From Wallemia ichthyophaga EXF-994 (taxonomy: Eukaryota > Fungi > Basidiomycota), in NCBI RefSeq assembly GCF_000400465.1, contig NW_008806275.1:399656-431655 (forward strand): a DNA stretch of 32,000 nt, given 5' to 3'. The notes under the pieces are model-generated. The model had not been told where the DNA came from and ran no database searches. It saw nothing but the letters and a program-made list of their open reading frames with translations. The position numbers and the translations under genes are program-made. Positions 21,477 to 32,000 of this stretch are shown in pieces; position 1 is the first letter of the stretch, and every line of letters begins with the position of its first letter.

Positions 21477-23012
21477 TTAAATGCGAGTGTGTTTCAACGT
21501 TTCAGTAATATGATCCTCCTTTACTGTGTGATCTGTATCTTTCAGCGCGTCAGCAATAGCTTCTTCCTTGACAGATTTGATTGTTGTGGGTTTATAAGTG
21601 GAAGTTTTCTCGCCCTGAAGATCATTGTACCACCCTTCACTAAGACCAGCTTTGTGACGATCGTCGGTATTGAAAGGCCCGCGCAGTTTACCGCTGAAAT
21701 TCAGTTTAACTTGTTTCCTGAAAGTTTCTATAGGATCGAGGTTGGAATGTTTACAGCAGAACAGCATCCACTTATGACCGGCTGTGACGTGAGTGATTTC
21801 GTCATGATGAATAGTTTCCAAAACCTCAGTTGATTCCAAATCACCACTAGCTCTGAATTTGGCAATTGTCGCAGGATTGACATCCAATCCTCGAGCTTCA
21901 TGGACGAGGTGAATGATGGATAGTCTGCTAATAAGGGAGTGTTTAGTATCCTCGGCACTATCCCAGAGAGCGCCGTGAGTCGGCAGAGCGCCATAAAAGC
22001 TGCCCATTTCCTGTGTGAGGGATATAAGCGTCATAGTTTTAAAAATTTCACTGTAACTCACCTCCAAGCGTCTTCTGAGGAGACTGAAATGCTTAGCTTC
22101 GTCAGTCGCGACCTGTAGCCAATCGGAGAAGTAATCCATAGGCATTTTGGAGTTGGGGGCGACAGGATCGAGTGAGGCGTTACTAAAGCGTGCAATGATA
22201 TCCCACGCTAAGTCTATAGCCCAGAGTTCAATATTGGCTAGGGAGTGAAGGAGAGCAATGCGACTCTGCAGCGAGCCTCCCTTACCTCTTCGACCCGCAC
22301 GCGAGGGGTCAACTTGCTGTTGATTGCGCGGAGGCTTCTCAGGCGGTGTTGATTTACCGATGACTTTGATCTGCCCACCTTTAAATAGTTGTGATGCGCG
22401 ACGCGTGTAAGCTATTTTCAACTCGGGGTCGGGGGTTTTGAGGATGAGTGTAGCCCACTGCGTCAGTGTTGTGGGCTCCTGGTCTGGTGTGATGTACCTG
22501 TCGACGTGCTGCAGTGGCTCGGGATTGGTGGTGGATTCAGCGAATTGCTCCGAAACTGCTCGCACTGCTATAACCTCCCACGGACTGGAGTCGTGCGTGT
22601 CGATGTAGATGATTTCGTCACGCTGCTCGACGTTGAAAGTACACGCTTTTATCCCGTAGCTCGATTCGCCAGATGATAGGGAGACTGTGGGTTGTTTGAA
22701 TATGCGCTGTTAATAATGATAAACCATCTACTCACGGTCGTATGCATGGTACGGACACACAGCAATAACATCGACAATATCCTCTATATCATCCTCTACT
22801 AACTCTAAAGATGCATTTTCTAGTGGCGCACCAGCGTGGGGACAGTTGGATTCAATAGCGTAGTATTCGCGCGTGTGCACCCTCCCATCCTCCTCTAAGC
22901 CATCCATGCGGAATAGAACCACAGTCTGGTACTCGTTGGCATATCGCAGCGTGACTACATGTCTCTTGTTCTCCTTAAGTCTGTCAGCCTCAGCCACGCG
23001 CACGAATCCCAT
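21477..23012 (-). CDS. Rieske [2Fe-2S] domain fused to a DUF455 ferritin-like diiron domain; exons 23012-22736, 22684-22062, 22010-21477 (~477 aa)
   Basis: The N-terminal Rieske ligands are C-P-H and C-P-Y-H. The diiron helices are LHSLANIELWAIDLAWD, DEAKHF, HEARGLD and DEITHV. Two 51-nt GTGAGT...CAG introns join the separate ORF-track ORFs in phase. Confidence 0.88.
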
Positions 23013-23187
23013 AGCTGGCTATCGTTGTTACCGATGAGAAGAAAAAGTGAATGAAAATAATTTACTTAAAATTACAGTGTTGTATAACAGATTGCTCCGT
23101 CTGATTGAGATGATGGATAGAGTGGAAGATGGCTTAGTTAATCTGTGGCTGTCTATAGTCTGAGTAGTCTTAGTAGTCTGAGTCCTT

Positions 23188-24978
23188 CTAGTACTGCATA
23201 GGTGCAGATGCCAGTGTCGACAATGCAGTGCTAGCGTTACTCATAGTCGGCGTCGCAGGGGCAGATGAGCGTGGCTGAGGTTGAGTATGCAGATGCTGTG
23301 TCTGTATTGACTGCGGTATGGGCGTAGCGTGATGAGAGTGTGGTGAAGTAGTAGCAGAAGGAAACTGGCTAACCAATTCGTTGTCGTCGTCCCCATCTGG
23401 TGATTGTGGCGGGGGCAGTCCAGCCGCAGCCGCAGCCGCAGCTACCGCCTTACGTTCTCTGTCTTTCCTTTCCCTTACGTGCGCTGGAGGAGGAGGTGGA
23501 GTTGGGTGGGTGCCATTGGACAGCATCGCCAACCCTATGGCGCCGTGTGCGCCTGAGTGCGCATAGTGGTACCTCAGCCCATTCATATTCTTGTATCGCT
23601 TGTCACAGTGACCAACTTGACACAGATACGGCCTCGCTACAGCTTCTGCTTCGGCGAGCGTCAGCCCATCCTGCTCCATTCCATCCCTCACTACATAGTT
23701 GCACTGTCCATGCAACCTATGATACTTTAGTCCGTTAGCCTGTCTGTATGCCTTTGAACAACCTGGATTTGGACACTTGAATGGCTTATCACCACCACCT
23801 TCGCCATTGTCGGGCGCACCTGCCAATCCTGATGGTGATGCACCAGCGGCAGCTGGCGTGGGAGTGGTAGAAGTTGGGGTAGCTTTTCCAGATGCACTGG
23901 GTGTGCCCGTGTTGGAAGGTGGGAGGGAATTTGGTGTGGTGTTAGTTGGTGTAGCGTTGTTTGTATTGCTGCTATTACTGCTGTTACCACCATTTAAAGC
24001 CTTGATCGCTGCATCTGAAGCGCTCTTCTGGGCACCTGTAGACGGGAATAGCAATCCAGGTGTAACATACTGCGGCCTGTCTCCTGACTGGTTATTTGAG
24101 ACATTTGTTGGGAAAAGAGGCATAGAGTTTATAGCTTGCGAAGAATGCGACGACATACTACTAGATGGTTCAGCATCGAACATTTCATCATCATCTTGCG
24201 AAGTTGGTTGACTGCTCATTTCTGACTCCAAATTGGGGGAAAACGGCGGACCAAAGCTACCAAGAGGAGCCTTAGCGTGGAGAGAGGTAGGAGCCCCTCT
24301 TGGATTAGAATGTAAAATCGAAGTCTCAAAAGCCGAAGTAGCGTTATTGGATTTCTGAGACTGAGAAATAGCAGCAGCGGCCATAGCGCTGAGGGACATT
24401 CTAGCCATCTTGCCGTCCTGAGAGGGGGAAGCGGAAAGATCCATATCATCAACTTGGGCGTCTTCGAAGCCGTCGTCAGGCTTATCCTTGCTATCGTCGA
24501 GAACAACGACGTGAGCTTCTTCATAGTGCTGAATGAGATCGTGAAGATCATTCAACTCCATTCCACAGCAATTGTAGTTCTTGCACTGAGCAAGTTATTT
24601 AGTGGAGCGTGGTACGCACAGGCGGTGCAACTCACGAATTCAGATTCTGCTTTGAAAGGAAGGCCGTTCTCCGTGTCTACACTGCCGCAATGCATTTCAA
24701 AGCTGAATAAACGGTGTTAGATGGATAGGATAGGGGGACAAGCATACTGACTCAATTGGGCTCTTCCCGAGACTGGTGCCGAGGAGAGCAGCAGCGCGTG
24801 AATAGCTCCCGAAGCGTGGTGAGACTACGAAAGACCCAGGGCCAGTGAATGATAGTCCTTGCTGCGCTGAGAAGGACCTGGCGCCGAACCCGCCCATCGA
24901 TCTGAATGATCTCGACGAATTCTGGTTACCGTGCTCATCTCTTGTGTTACCAGCTGAGATTGGGACAGCTGAAGGCAT
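23188..24978 (-). CDS. SFP1: Sfp1-like split C2H2 zinc-finger transcription factor; exons 24978-24752, 24702-24636, 24585-23188 (~563 aa)
   Basis: The N-terminal Sfp1 finger FCKNYNCCGMELNDLHDLIQHYEEAH is restored by splicing. The C-terminal fingers are KPFKCPNPGCSKAYRQANGLKYHRLHG and RPYLCQVGHCDKRYKNMNGLRYHYAH. Confidence 0.85.
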
Positions 24979-25829
24979 TTCCGTGTGATTTGTTAGACTG
25001 ACGATGGTTGTGCTGATAGAAGATGATGTAGGTGGGAGTGTGGCTGGGTGTGGAGCAGAATGAATCTGTGTATTTTATATTTATTTATTTATTTATTGTT
25101 TATATTTCTATATTACTCTATATTATATTACTAACATTCCCACTCGTAATCCCAATCCCTATCGCATAAAACGGAGTTTAGCGGGAGTAATCGTGGGAGA
25201 TGCACACTCAGCATGGCGTTTAACACGCAATTTTCAACTCATTTATCCCTCCTTTCCACTTTTTCCTATCTCTGTACCTTTGCGGATAGGTGTGCCTGGA
25301 AAATATGAATCATTTTGATTCATTTGAATGTTCTACTGGTTACTTGGGCATTCCCCGATCATCCCCATTCCCTTCAAATCTCTTTGCTTTCCTCTTCGGC
25401 ACATTGTGATGAAAATTTGCTTGTCAAGAGATGTTCGCGCGTCGTCAATTAAACTTTATACGGTGTATGTGCATGACAAGTTTGGTTGTTTTAATTATTA
25501 ACCACAGAGACCGTCACACTTGAGGATAAATTAAAATATCGTTGATTTGTACGAGTATGATCGAAATGATGTAATCAGTGAAGCCAATTTATTTAATCTC
25601 TTTAATCTCTTTACCCTTTTCATTATCATCAGAAACCGGTTAATCAATTCCGTCATCTGCTTCCGGCTTGTTCCAATTAAAGTAATTGACGGATCAAAAC
25701 GGCATCAATTGAGCTATGATGAATATAAATGAGAGGTACATACAAATTAATTTGTTTTCATTCGTGGAATAATTATAATAACTCTTATCCTATTTATTTA
25801 CTTTGAGTATTTGTATTTGCGCAGTTTCA

Positions 25830-26480
25830 TTACAGTGTGAAGAATGGTGTTTCACTTTGATTATGTTGATGAGATTGCTGTGGTTGTGTGTATGATGCTG
25901 CGTTGGTATTGCTATTAACATTTACACTCCACGGGTTCTGACTCTGCGCCTGCGCCTGCGCTTGTTGCGAGAATGCTGATTGGGCCTGTGCACCAAATCC
26001 ACTGCCACCGCCATTACCCGTCACGCTACTAGGCATAGATGACCCAAATGGTGATGCTCCACCTGTCTTCTGTGGTGCAAACTTGGCTGCTCCTGTTGGT
26101 ATTCTCAGCAGTCCTTCATTCCCAAATGTATCTTGTCCAGATCCTGACGCTAACGCCGTTGCAATATTCTCATGCTTCCCGTCGCTAGTTCTCAAATTCA
26201 GTCCAGGGTTATATGATGGTCCTGGTGAGAAATCTGACGCTGATGTTGTTGGCAGATTAGGCATCGATGGGCGATGGTGCAATCCAGGCGTTGGTCCAAA
26301 GTTAGAGGGTATAGCAGGTGCTTGTGATGTTTGTGACTGTGCCATCTCATTTTGTACTGGTACATTCCCAGTCAAGTGGGTAGCAAATGGATTGTTCGAT
26401 CTGTACCCTGTCTTTTGCTCTTGCAGTGGTTGAGGAGAGAGCATACCTGTGAACATACCCTGTTGTTGTTGCGCTGCCAT

Positions 26481-26524
<44 letters not shown>

Positions 26525-27708
26525 GCTGAAGCATCATTTGCTGCTGTTGCATCGCCATCGCTTCTTGCTGTTGCTGGAAAGGATTGTATGATGTCATCTG
26601 CGGCTGTAGCAGATTCATATCGGCCATACCTGTAGGCTGCGACTGAATAGGGTTACCAAAAAAGTCAACCTGCTGAGGCTGATTGTAAGCGTTAGGTGCC
26701 CAGATCTGAGTAGAGTCGTCGAACAGTGCATTCGAGTTGGCGTTGTCTAGATCAGCTTTGTTACGCGCATCCTCAGCTCTCTTCCTTTCATCCTCTTCCT
26801 GCGAAAGTTTAAGAGCTCTGGAGAGATCATCGTCACTGTGGCCTGCTCCCAATCGTCTCTGCTCCTCCTCTTGACTTCTCATCGAAGCTTCAAGTGCACG
26901 AGCAAGATCATCATCTTCATCACGCCGTCTTCTCTGAGGCATAGAGCGAGACCTTGGCCTATTGGCAGCCATATTGCCAGTCATGTTGCTAGTCACACCA
27001 AGGTCAGCATCTTCATCAGCACCGTAACCACCTGGAGCGCCACGCATCATTCTGTCGCGCATGAAAGTTCTATTTTTACGTTGATCACGTAGTCTGGCGT
27101 CGTCTGCTAAGAGGTTTGAAATATCCTTGGCTTTTTGCCTAACATTGGCACCCTGGTCTCTGCCATCTTCATCAACGTGTTGGAATTCTTTGAGGGTTTT
27201 GATGATGTACGCGTTATCTTTGAAGTAGAAGACGACATTCTCAGAGCCGGCATGGAGGAGATAGTCGAGCAGGGTGAGTGACTGCATTGATGACGTCAGC
27301 GAGTGCTCAACTCCAAGCCAAGACAAACCTTGAAGACGTGTCTCCAATTCTTGCCCTTGTCGTTGAGTCTCTTGTCGAGCATTTCCATTATTTCTACAAA
27401 GTCGTTTCTGGAGTGGGTAAGTTGGTGGGTGATGCTGCGGTGGATAGTAGTGTGCGCACTGATTGTAAGTGAGCTGGGCGAGCTCATTCATCTGGGTACC
27501 TGAAGGTCCCCATGGATCGTTGGAAGTTGCCTCGCGTACTTTGGCTGTGAGCGTTTGTTAGCCTGTGATTACGTCGATGCTGTGCGCGTGCCTTGAGAAT
27601 CAGAAAAACCTGGAGAATATTTAGTCTATGATGGAGATGCTCTATTATATACCAACCTTTCGCGTAGTTCTTCACCACACGCATAGATTTACTTGCTAAA
27701 TTCGACAT
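25830..27708 (-). CDS. ENT1: Epsin (Ent1/Ent2-like endocytic adaptor); exons 27708-27657, 27609-27592, 27544-27460, 27407-27329, 27281-25830 (~561 aa)
   Basis: The ENTH domain reads KNYAKGFSDSQAKVREATSNDPWGPSG...DKGKNWRHVFKSLTLLDYL. Two UIMs (DDDLARALEAS, DDDLSRALKLS), polyQ, two NPF motifs and a hydrophobic C-terminus PFFTL follow. The symbol is assigned at family level; Ent1 and Ent2 cannot be distinguished. Confidence 0.9.
26481..26525 (-). repeat. Pure (CAA)15 microsatellite encoding most of the Q16 tract of epsin
   Basis: There are 45 nt of uninterrupted TTG on the + strand, with one CTG (CAG codon) adjacent at 26526-26528. Confidence 0.95.
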
Positions 27709-28041
27709 GATGCTATACGCTGTCAAATCACAGTCGCAGTGAGAGATGAAGGCTGTCAACAAGGCAAACGAACCTCAAATATTCCACTGATGCTAATTTC
27801 CGTCGATTTTGAGCTATTTAATTTAGCTGGTGATCGTTGAGGAGATGGAACCTATCGTGCAGCGCAACCCCTCGTAAGAAGCGGGGATAGTGGTGGAGCG
27901 AGTTGTGTACCTCGTTGAATCTTTCATCTAGCCAATCTTCAAGCTCATCTCTCTCTATTCCCATCTCTTAAAATATCTCGTAAACCGCTCATCTCTCAAT
28001 CCGAGCCCAACGATTCCTTGTTCTCAACCAAATACGTTTAA

Positions 28042-31000
28042 ATGGTATTTAGGCGTTAAAAATTAATAGCGCATCTCTCACACATCTCGCAGGCGCCATA
28101 CACACGCCCGGAGACAGTTTTAAAGGTTTGTTTAGAATTTGAAGCCATTTTGACTAGATTCTTACATTGCATTTAGAGGGCTGAGGGTGAGTAGCTTTGT
28201 ACGGCGTAACTGTAACAATCTTAACGCCATCTTTACAGAGCTTGTCGCTGTCAACCAGCACACAGCTGCGCTTCAATCTCTCCAAGAGATGTTCACCTCG
28301 AAGCGCTTCAGATCGACGCCTTTATCTTCATTAGAGCCGATCATGCTCAGATTCGTTGAATTATGCGTCACTCTCCGTAAAACTAGATCTGCAAAGGATG
28401 GTTTGCTCCAGTACAAAAACATATCTCAGAATTTCAGCGTACAATCCATTGAATTGGTTTTAAATCGTTTCTTACACTTATCTGAGGAGAAGGTTATTGA
28501 CGCAAAGCGCACCGTCGATTTGCTCCACCCAGAACCCCAAGATTCCGCTGTCGCTGTCGATGATTTGGAAGCTGCAGAGACTCCCGAATCTATTCTCATG
28601 AGCGCTGTGTCTTCTGACCAGAATCGCGACAGAACCGAAAGAGCTGTCGTTACTCCTTGGTTGAAGTACCTTTGGGATGCATATCGTACTGCACTCGACA
28701 CTCTCCGCAACAACGCTCGTCTTGAAATTCTCTACCAAGTACGTTTTTTTTTTTTACCTTAAACAGCCCCACTCACCCTCTTAAAGCAAATCGCTAACGA
28801 GGCTTTCAAATTCTGTCTTCAATACTCTCGTAAGACGGAATTCAGACGTCTTTGCGAATTGCTTAGATCTCACGTCGCCAACGTCTCAAAGTACGCTCAC
28901 CAAGCACACTCCATCAATCTCACAGACACTGAGACTCTTCAACGTCACTTAGACACCCGCTTTGCTCAGCTCTCTGCTGCGGTTGACTTAGAGTTATGGC
29001 AAGAGGCCTTCAGATCAGTCGAAGACATTCACAACCTCCTCGTCATTGCTAAAAAAGCCCCAAAGTCGTCTATTATGGCTGAATACTATGAGAAGTTGAC
29101 GAGGATCTTTTTGGTTGCCGATAACCGCCTCTTCCATGCCGCTGCTTTCTCTCGCTACTATGGTTTGGCTCAATTTACAGTGGCCAACGATGCTGAGCAT
29201 ACAAAATTGTCTGACTATGTCCTTCTCTCTGCTCTCGCTGTACCAGTACACATTTCGTCAACTGAAGACGCTGTCCGTGCCAACCAAAAGCTCTCGTCAA
29301 TCTTGAGCCTTCAAAAGATCCCAACTAGAAGCTCATTATTGACCGACGCTATTGCAAACGGTGTCCTCAAGCGTGCTTCTAAGGATGTGCGTCAACTTTA
29401 CCAACTCTTAGAAGCAGATTTCCACCCTCTCAATGTGTGTGAAACTGTTGCCCCACTGCTCGCTTCAATTGGTAAAGACGAGAGCACCAGCAAATATATC
29501 GAGCCACTCCAAAATGTCGTTCTCACTAGATTGTTTGAGCAGCTTGCCCAGCTTTACGATACCGTTGACATCTCCTACGCTCTCAACCTCGTCAAGCCAC
29601 TCGGCAGGAACTCAGAGAAGGAAGTGGAGAGATTTGTTATAGGATCAGTTGCAATTGGTGGACTCAAAGTGCGCATTGACCATGTCAAGAAGAGCATTGC
29701 ATTCCAAGAGGATATTTTTGCCCATTCAAGAGCGAGCGAGGTGGCAGTTGAGGAGACTTCCAAGGTGCAGCCAACGCCAGCTGACTTAGTACGCTACCAA
29801 TATGCACACCTGAGCGATGTGCTTCAAAACACCCTGTACAGAATCGACGGGACATCGCTGCAAAAAGCTCAGAAGACCGAAGAGGACGCATATGCGCATG
29901 CCTTGGCCAGCATGGAAGAGGAGCGTAAGGGGTACCTCTACAGACGCGCTATTATTACCAGACGCCGCGAACTCGCCGATGAGCATTCAGCCAGACGCGA
30001 GAAAGAAGACAGCGAGGCGAGAAGCCAACGCGCTAAGGTCGCAGCAGCTGAGCAGACTAAGCGTGAGCATGAAGATGGTATTCGCAAAGAGCAAGAGCGC
30101 AGACGTCGTGAAATGGAGAGTATCCGTATCGATGAAGCTAAGAAGCTTGCGCAGAACCTGGCGGAGAAGTCAGGACTTAAGGTGAACGTCAATGTGAGTT
30201 AGGTGTGTTGTTTGTTAGAATAATTGCTGATTAAATGCGCAGAACCCAGAGGAGCTCGACACTGACAAGCTTGTGGCGCTTCAAGTTGAGCATCACAAGA
30301 AGGAGCAGAACCAGATGTCAGAGAAGCTGCGCGTCATGTACAAGCGTATGGATCATCTTGAGAGAGCGTTCAGACGTGAGGAGAAGCCACTGCTCGTAAA
30401 GGACTTTGAAGAACAGCAAAAGGCAGACAGGGAACTGTATGATGTCAAGAGCAATGAGACGAAGAAGGTCTCGAGGGAGACATTCGAACAGAACCTGGCC
30501 ACCAAGAACCGTCTTCAGAGAATCCAACCTGCTTACGCTGCATTCCGAGCAGATGTCGAAACCAAGGCGGGCGAGAGGCACAAGGAGCTCGAGCGTCAAG
30601 CGAACGAGGCAATTAGCGCGGAGATAGCTGAGCGTCAGGCCAAGGTAGCTGAGCAGAAGAGGCTCGCACAGGAGCACGCAGATGCTCAGCGTGCCCTAGC
30701 GGAAGCCCAAGAAGCTGAGCGCGCACAAGCCGAGGAGGTTGAGCGCAAGAAGCGTGATGCTCTTATGGCAGACAAGGAGCGTAGCGAGGCCGAGGCCAAT
30801 GAGCGCAGGGCTGAGCGAGACGCCGAGCGCAAGAAGACAGAGGAGATAGTCAGGAAACAAAACGAACGTGAAGAGGCAGCTCTCAAGAAACAGCGCGAAA
30901 CTACCTTCCAAAAGACGGGCAGTGTGTGGGGCTCTCGCACACCAGGGTCAGAATCATCAGGCGCTTCTACGCCTTCGACTGGCGGTCCTCCTGCTGGTAG

Positions 31001-31226
31001 CTGGATGGCGCGCAGACGTCAGGCTGAGGCTGAAGGAAAACTCTCAAAACCTGCCTCTTCCACTCCACCACCACCACCACCAGGTAACCCTGCAGCTCGC
31101 AGCTCTCGCGCCCCTCAAGGTGCACAGGAGAAACCTAGCGCTTTCGGTAGCATGAGGAAACCCGACAGTGCTAGATCTGGCGGCGGTGCTCCCCCACCAC
31201 CTAACCCACAGAGAAGCAGGTGGTAA
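28042..31226 (+). CDS. TIF32: Translation initiation factor eIF3 subunit a; exons 28042-28044, 28093-28125, 28177-28186, 28239-28738, 28787-30193, 30243-31226 (~978 aa)
   Basis: Motifs are MAPYTRPETVLKRAEELVAV, VTPWLKYLWDAYRTALDTLRNNARLE, RKTEFRRLCELLRSH, DTRFAQL..AVDLELWQEAFRSVEDIH, a PCI region and a long charged coiled coil. All five introns are phase-consistent. Confidence 0.95.
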
Positions 31227-31361
31227 AGTGTGCAAGGATAGATAGACAGGGAGAATGAATTTATGTAAAAGAAGAAAAGCAAAGAATAAAATTGGACTTA
31301 TAATACATGTGGTAATAAGAGTCGTTATGTGTGGTGAGGTATATATAGTCCACTGGCTGTT

Positions 31362-31892
31362 CTAGTAGGCAACTCGCAGTGTCCTTCTCTTTCTGAGCAT
31401 AAGCTTGGGCTGGTAGCGGTTAGGAGAGCAATCGCAGGAGGAGCACAGGTTGACGTCGTTGCAGTCTGAGATCTTGGTCTTGAAGAATTCGATTCCGGAT
31501 GGCTGATTAACGATTTTGAAGACCTGATCGCCTGCGAAAGTGACTTGGCGGAGAGATGGACAAGCTTTCTGGAGTGCCATTGTTGAGTCCAGTGCAGGAT
31601 CTTCGAAAATCAGCGTGGCGAGTGTAGGGCTTAGGGTGATTGAGTTTAGGTGATTGAACCGCGGCAGCGTCTCTAGTAGAGTGTCAAGTGAAGGATCATT
31701 CTCTACGATTAGATTCTTAACCAGCGCCACCTTGTCCGATGAAAGCAGCTCTGGGCTGTAATAGCAGCTCTCAAACAGGCTGTCGGCAATGAGCTCGTTT
31801 AGCTGCGTGTTGACCAGTCGCAGTTGCTTCAGCGTAGGCTTTGTACATTCATAAATAACTTCATTTATCAATTCAATCGGTAGTTGCTTCAT
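31362..31892 (-). CDS. Small F-box-like protein (176 aa, apparently single exon)
   Basis: The N-terminus MKQLPIELINEVIYECTKPTLKQLRLVNTQLNELIA has the L-P-x-E...L-x-x-V F-box pattern, followed by short LRR-like Leu repeats. The first ATG is at 31892; the ORF track starts at an upstream GTG. Confidence 0.6.
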   Translation of the reverse strand: MKQLPIELINEVIYECTKPTLKQLRLVNTQLNELIADSLFESCYYSPELLSSDKVALVKNLIVENDPSLDTLLETLPRFNHLNSITLSPTLATLIFEDPALDSTMALQKACPSLRQVTFAGDQVFKIVNQPSGIEFFKTKISDCNDVNLCSSCDCSPNRYQPKLMLRKRRTLRVAY

Positions 31893-32000
31893 CTGCACTT
31901 GAGCTGATGATGATGGTTCAATTAAACCTAATTCTTATTCATGAAACTTCTTAACAAATCCAATGTCGTCGATGCATCTTCAAGTGAAGAGTGTGTTGCA

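Noticed and set aside
23381-24211. Long + strand ORFs opposite SFP1 (e.g. 23777-24211, 23400-23738)
   Set aside because: They are antisense shadows of low-complexity Ser/Thr/Pro/Ala coding sequence.
25400-25740. Box C-like motifs GTGATGA (25406) and ATGATGA (~25716) suggesting snoRNAs
   Set aside because: I found no suitably placed box D (CTGA) or terminal stem.
7004-27708. Apparent membrane-trafficking cluster (Osh, Rab18, Fab1-like, epsin)
   Set aside because: The genes are interspersed with unrelated housekeeping genes in mixed orientation, so co-occurrence is expected by chance in a dense genome.
28426-31235. Multiple antisense and alternate-frame ORFs across eIF3a
   Set aside because: They are expected shadows of a long GC-richer coiled-coil CDS and have no motifs.
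1-32000. tRNA, rRNA, transposon or CRISPR features
   Set aside because: I saw no cloverleaf with A/B boxes, terminal repeats, transposase or RT motifs, or repeat-spacer arrays. The GTTCGA-like hits lie inside CDSs.

Overview
A 32-kb stretch of a very compact eukaryotic genome, most likely a basidiomycete fungus; the gene density and intron size suggest Wallemia, which is inference only. I assembled 15 protein-coding genes by hand from splice signals and family motifs. In order they are: a COG0523/CobW metal-chaperone GTPase, Rad21, LSM6, an orphan single-pass membrane protein with two PPxY motifs, an ORD-only oxysterol-binding protein, a NIPA Mg2+ transporter, CPSF160/Cft1, Rab18, ornithine carbamoyltransferase, a FYVE-less Fab1-like lipid kinase, a Rieske + ferritin-like (DUF455) fusion, an Sfp1-like transcription factor, epsin, eIF3a and a small F-box-like protein. 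The models use 55 introns, 54 of them 42-59 nt long. They include two GC-AG introns, several 10-38 nt micro-exons and two ATG-only first exons. Some intergenic gaps are extremely short: 36 nt head-to-head, 10 nt tandem and 19 nt tail-to-tail. I found no tRNA, rRNA, transposon or CRISPR array, and no recognisable biosynthetic cluster. The most interesting items are the Rieske-diiron fusion, the atypical Fab1 paralog and its 10-nt gap to OTC, the 36-nt bidirectional gap and the PY-motif membrane protein.
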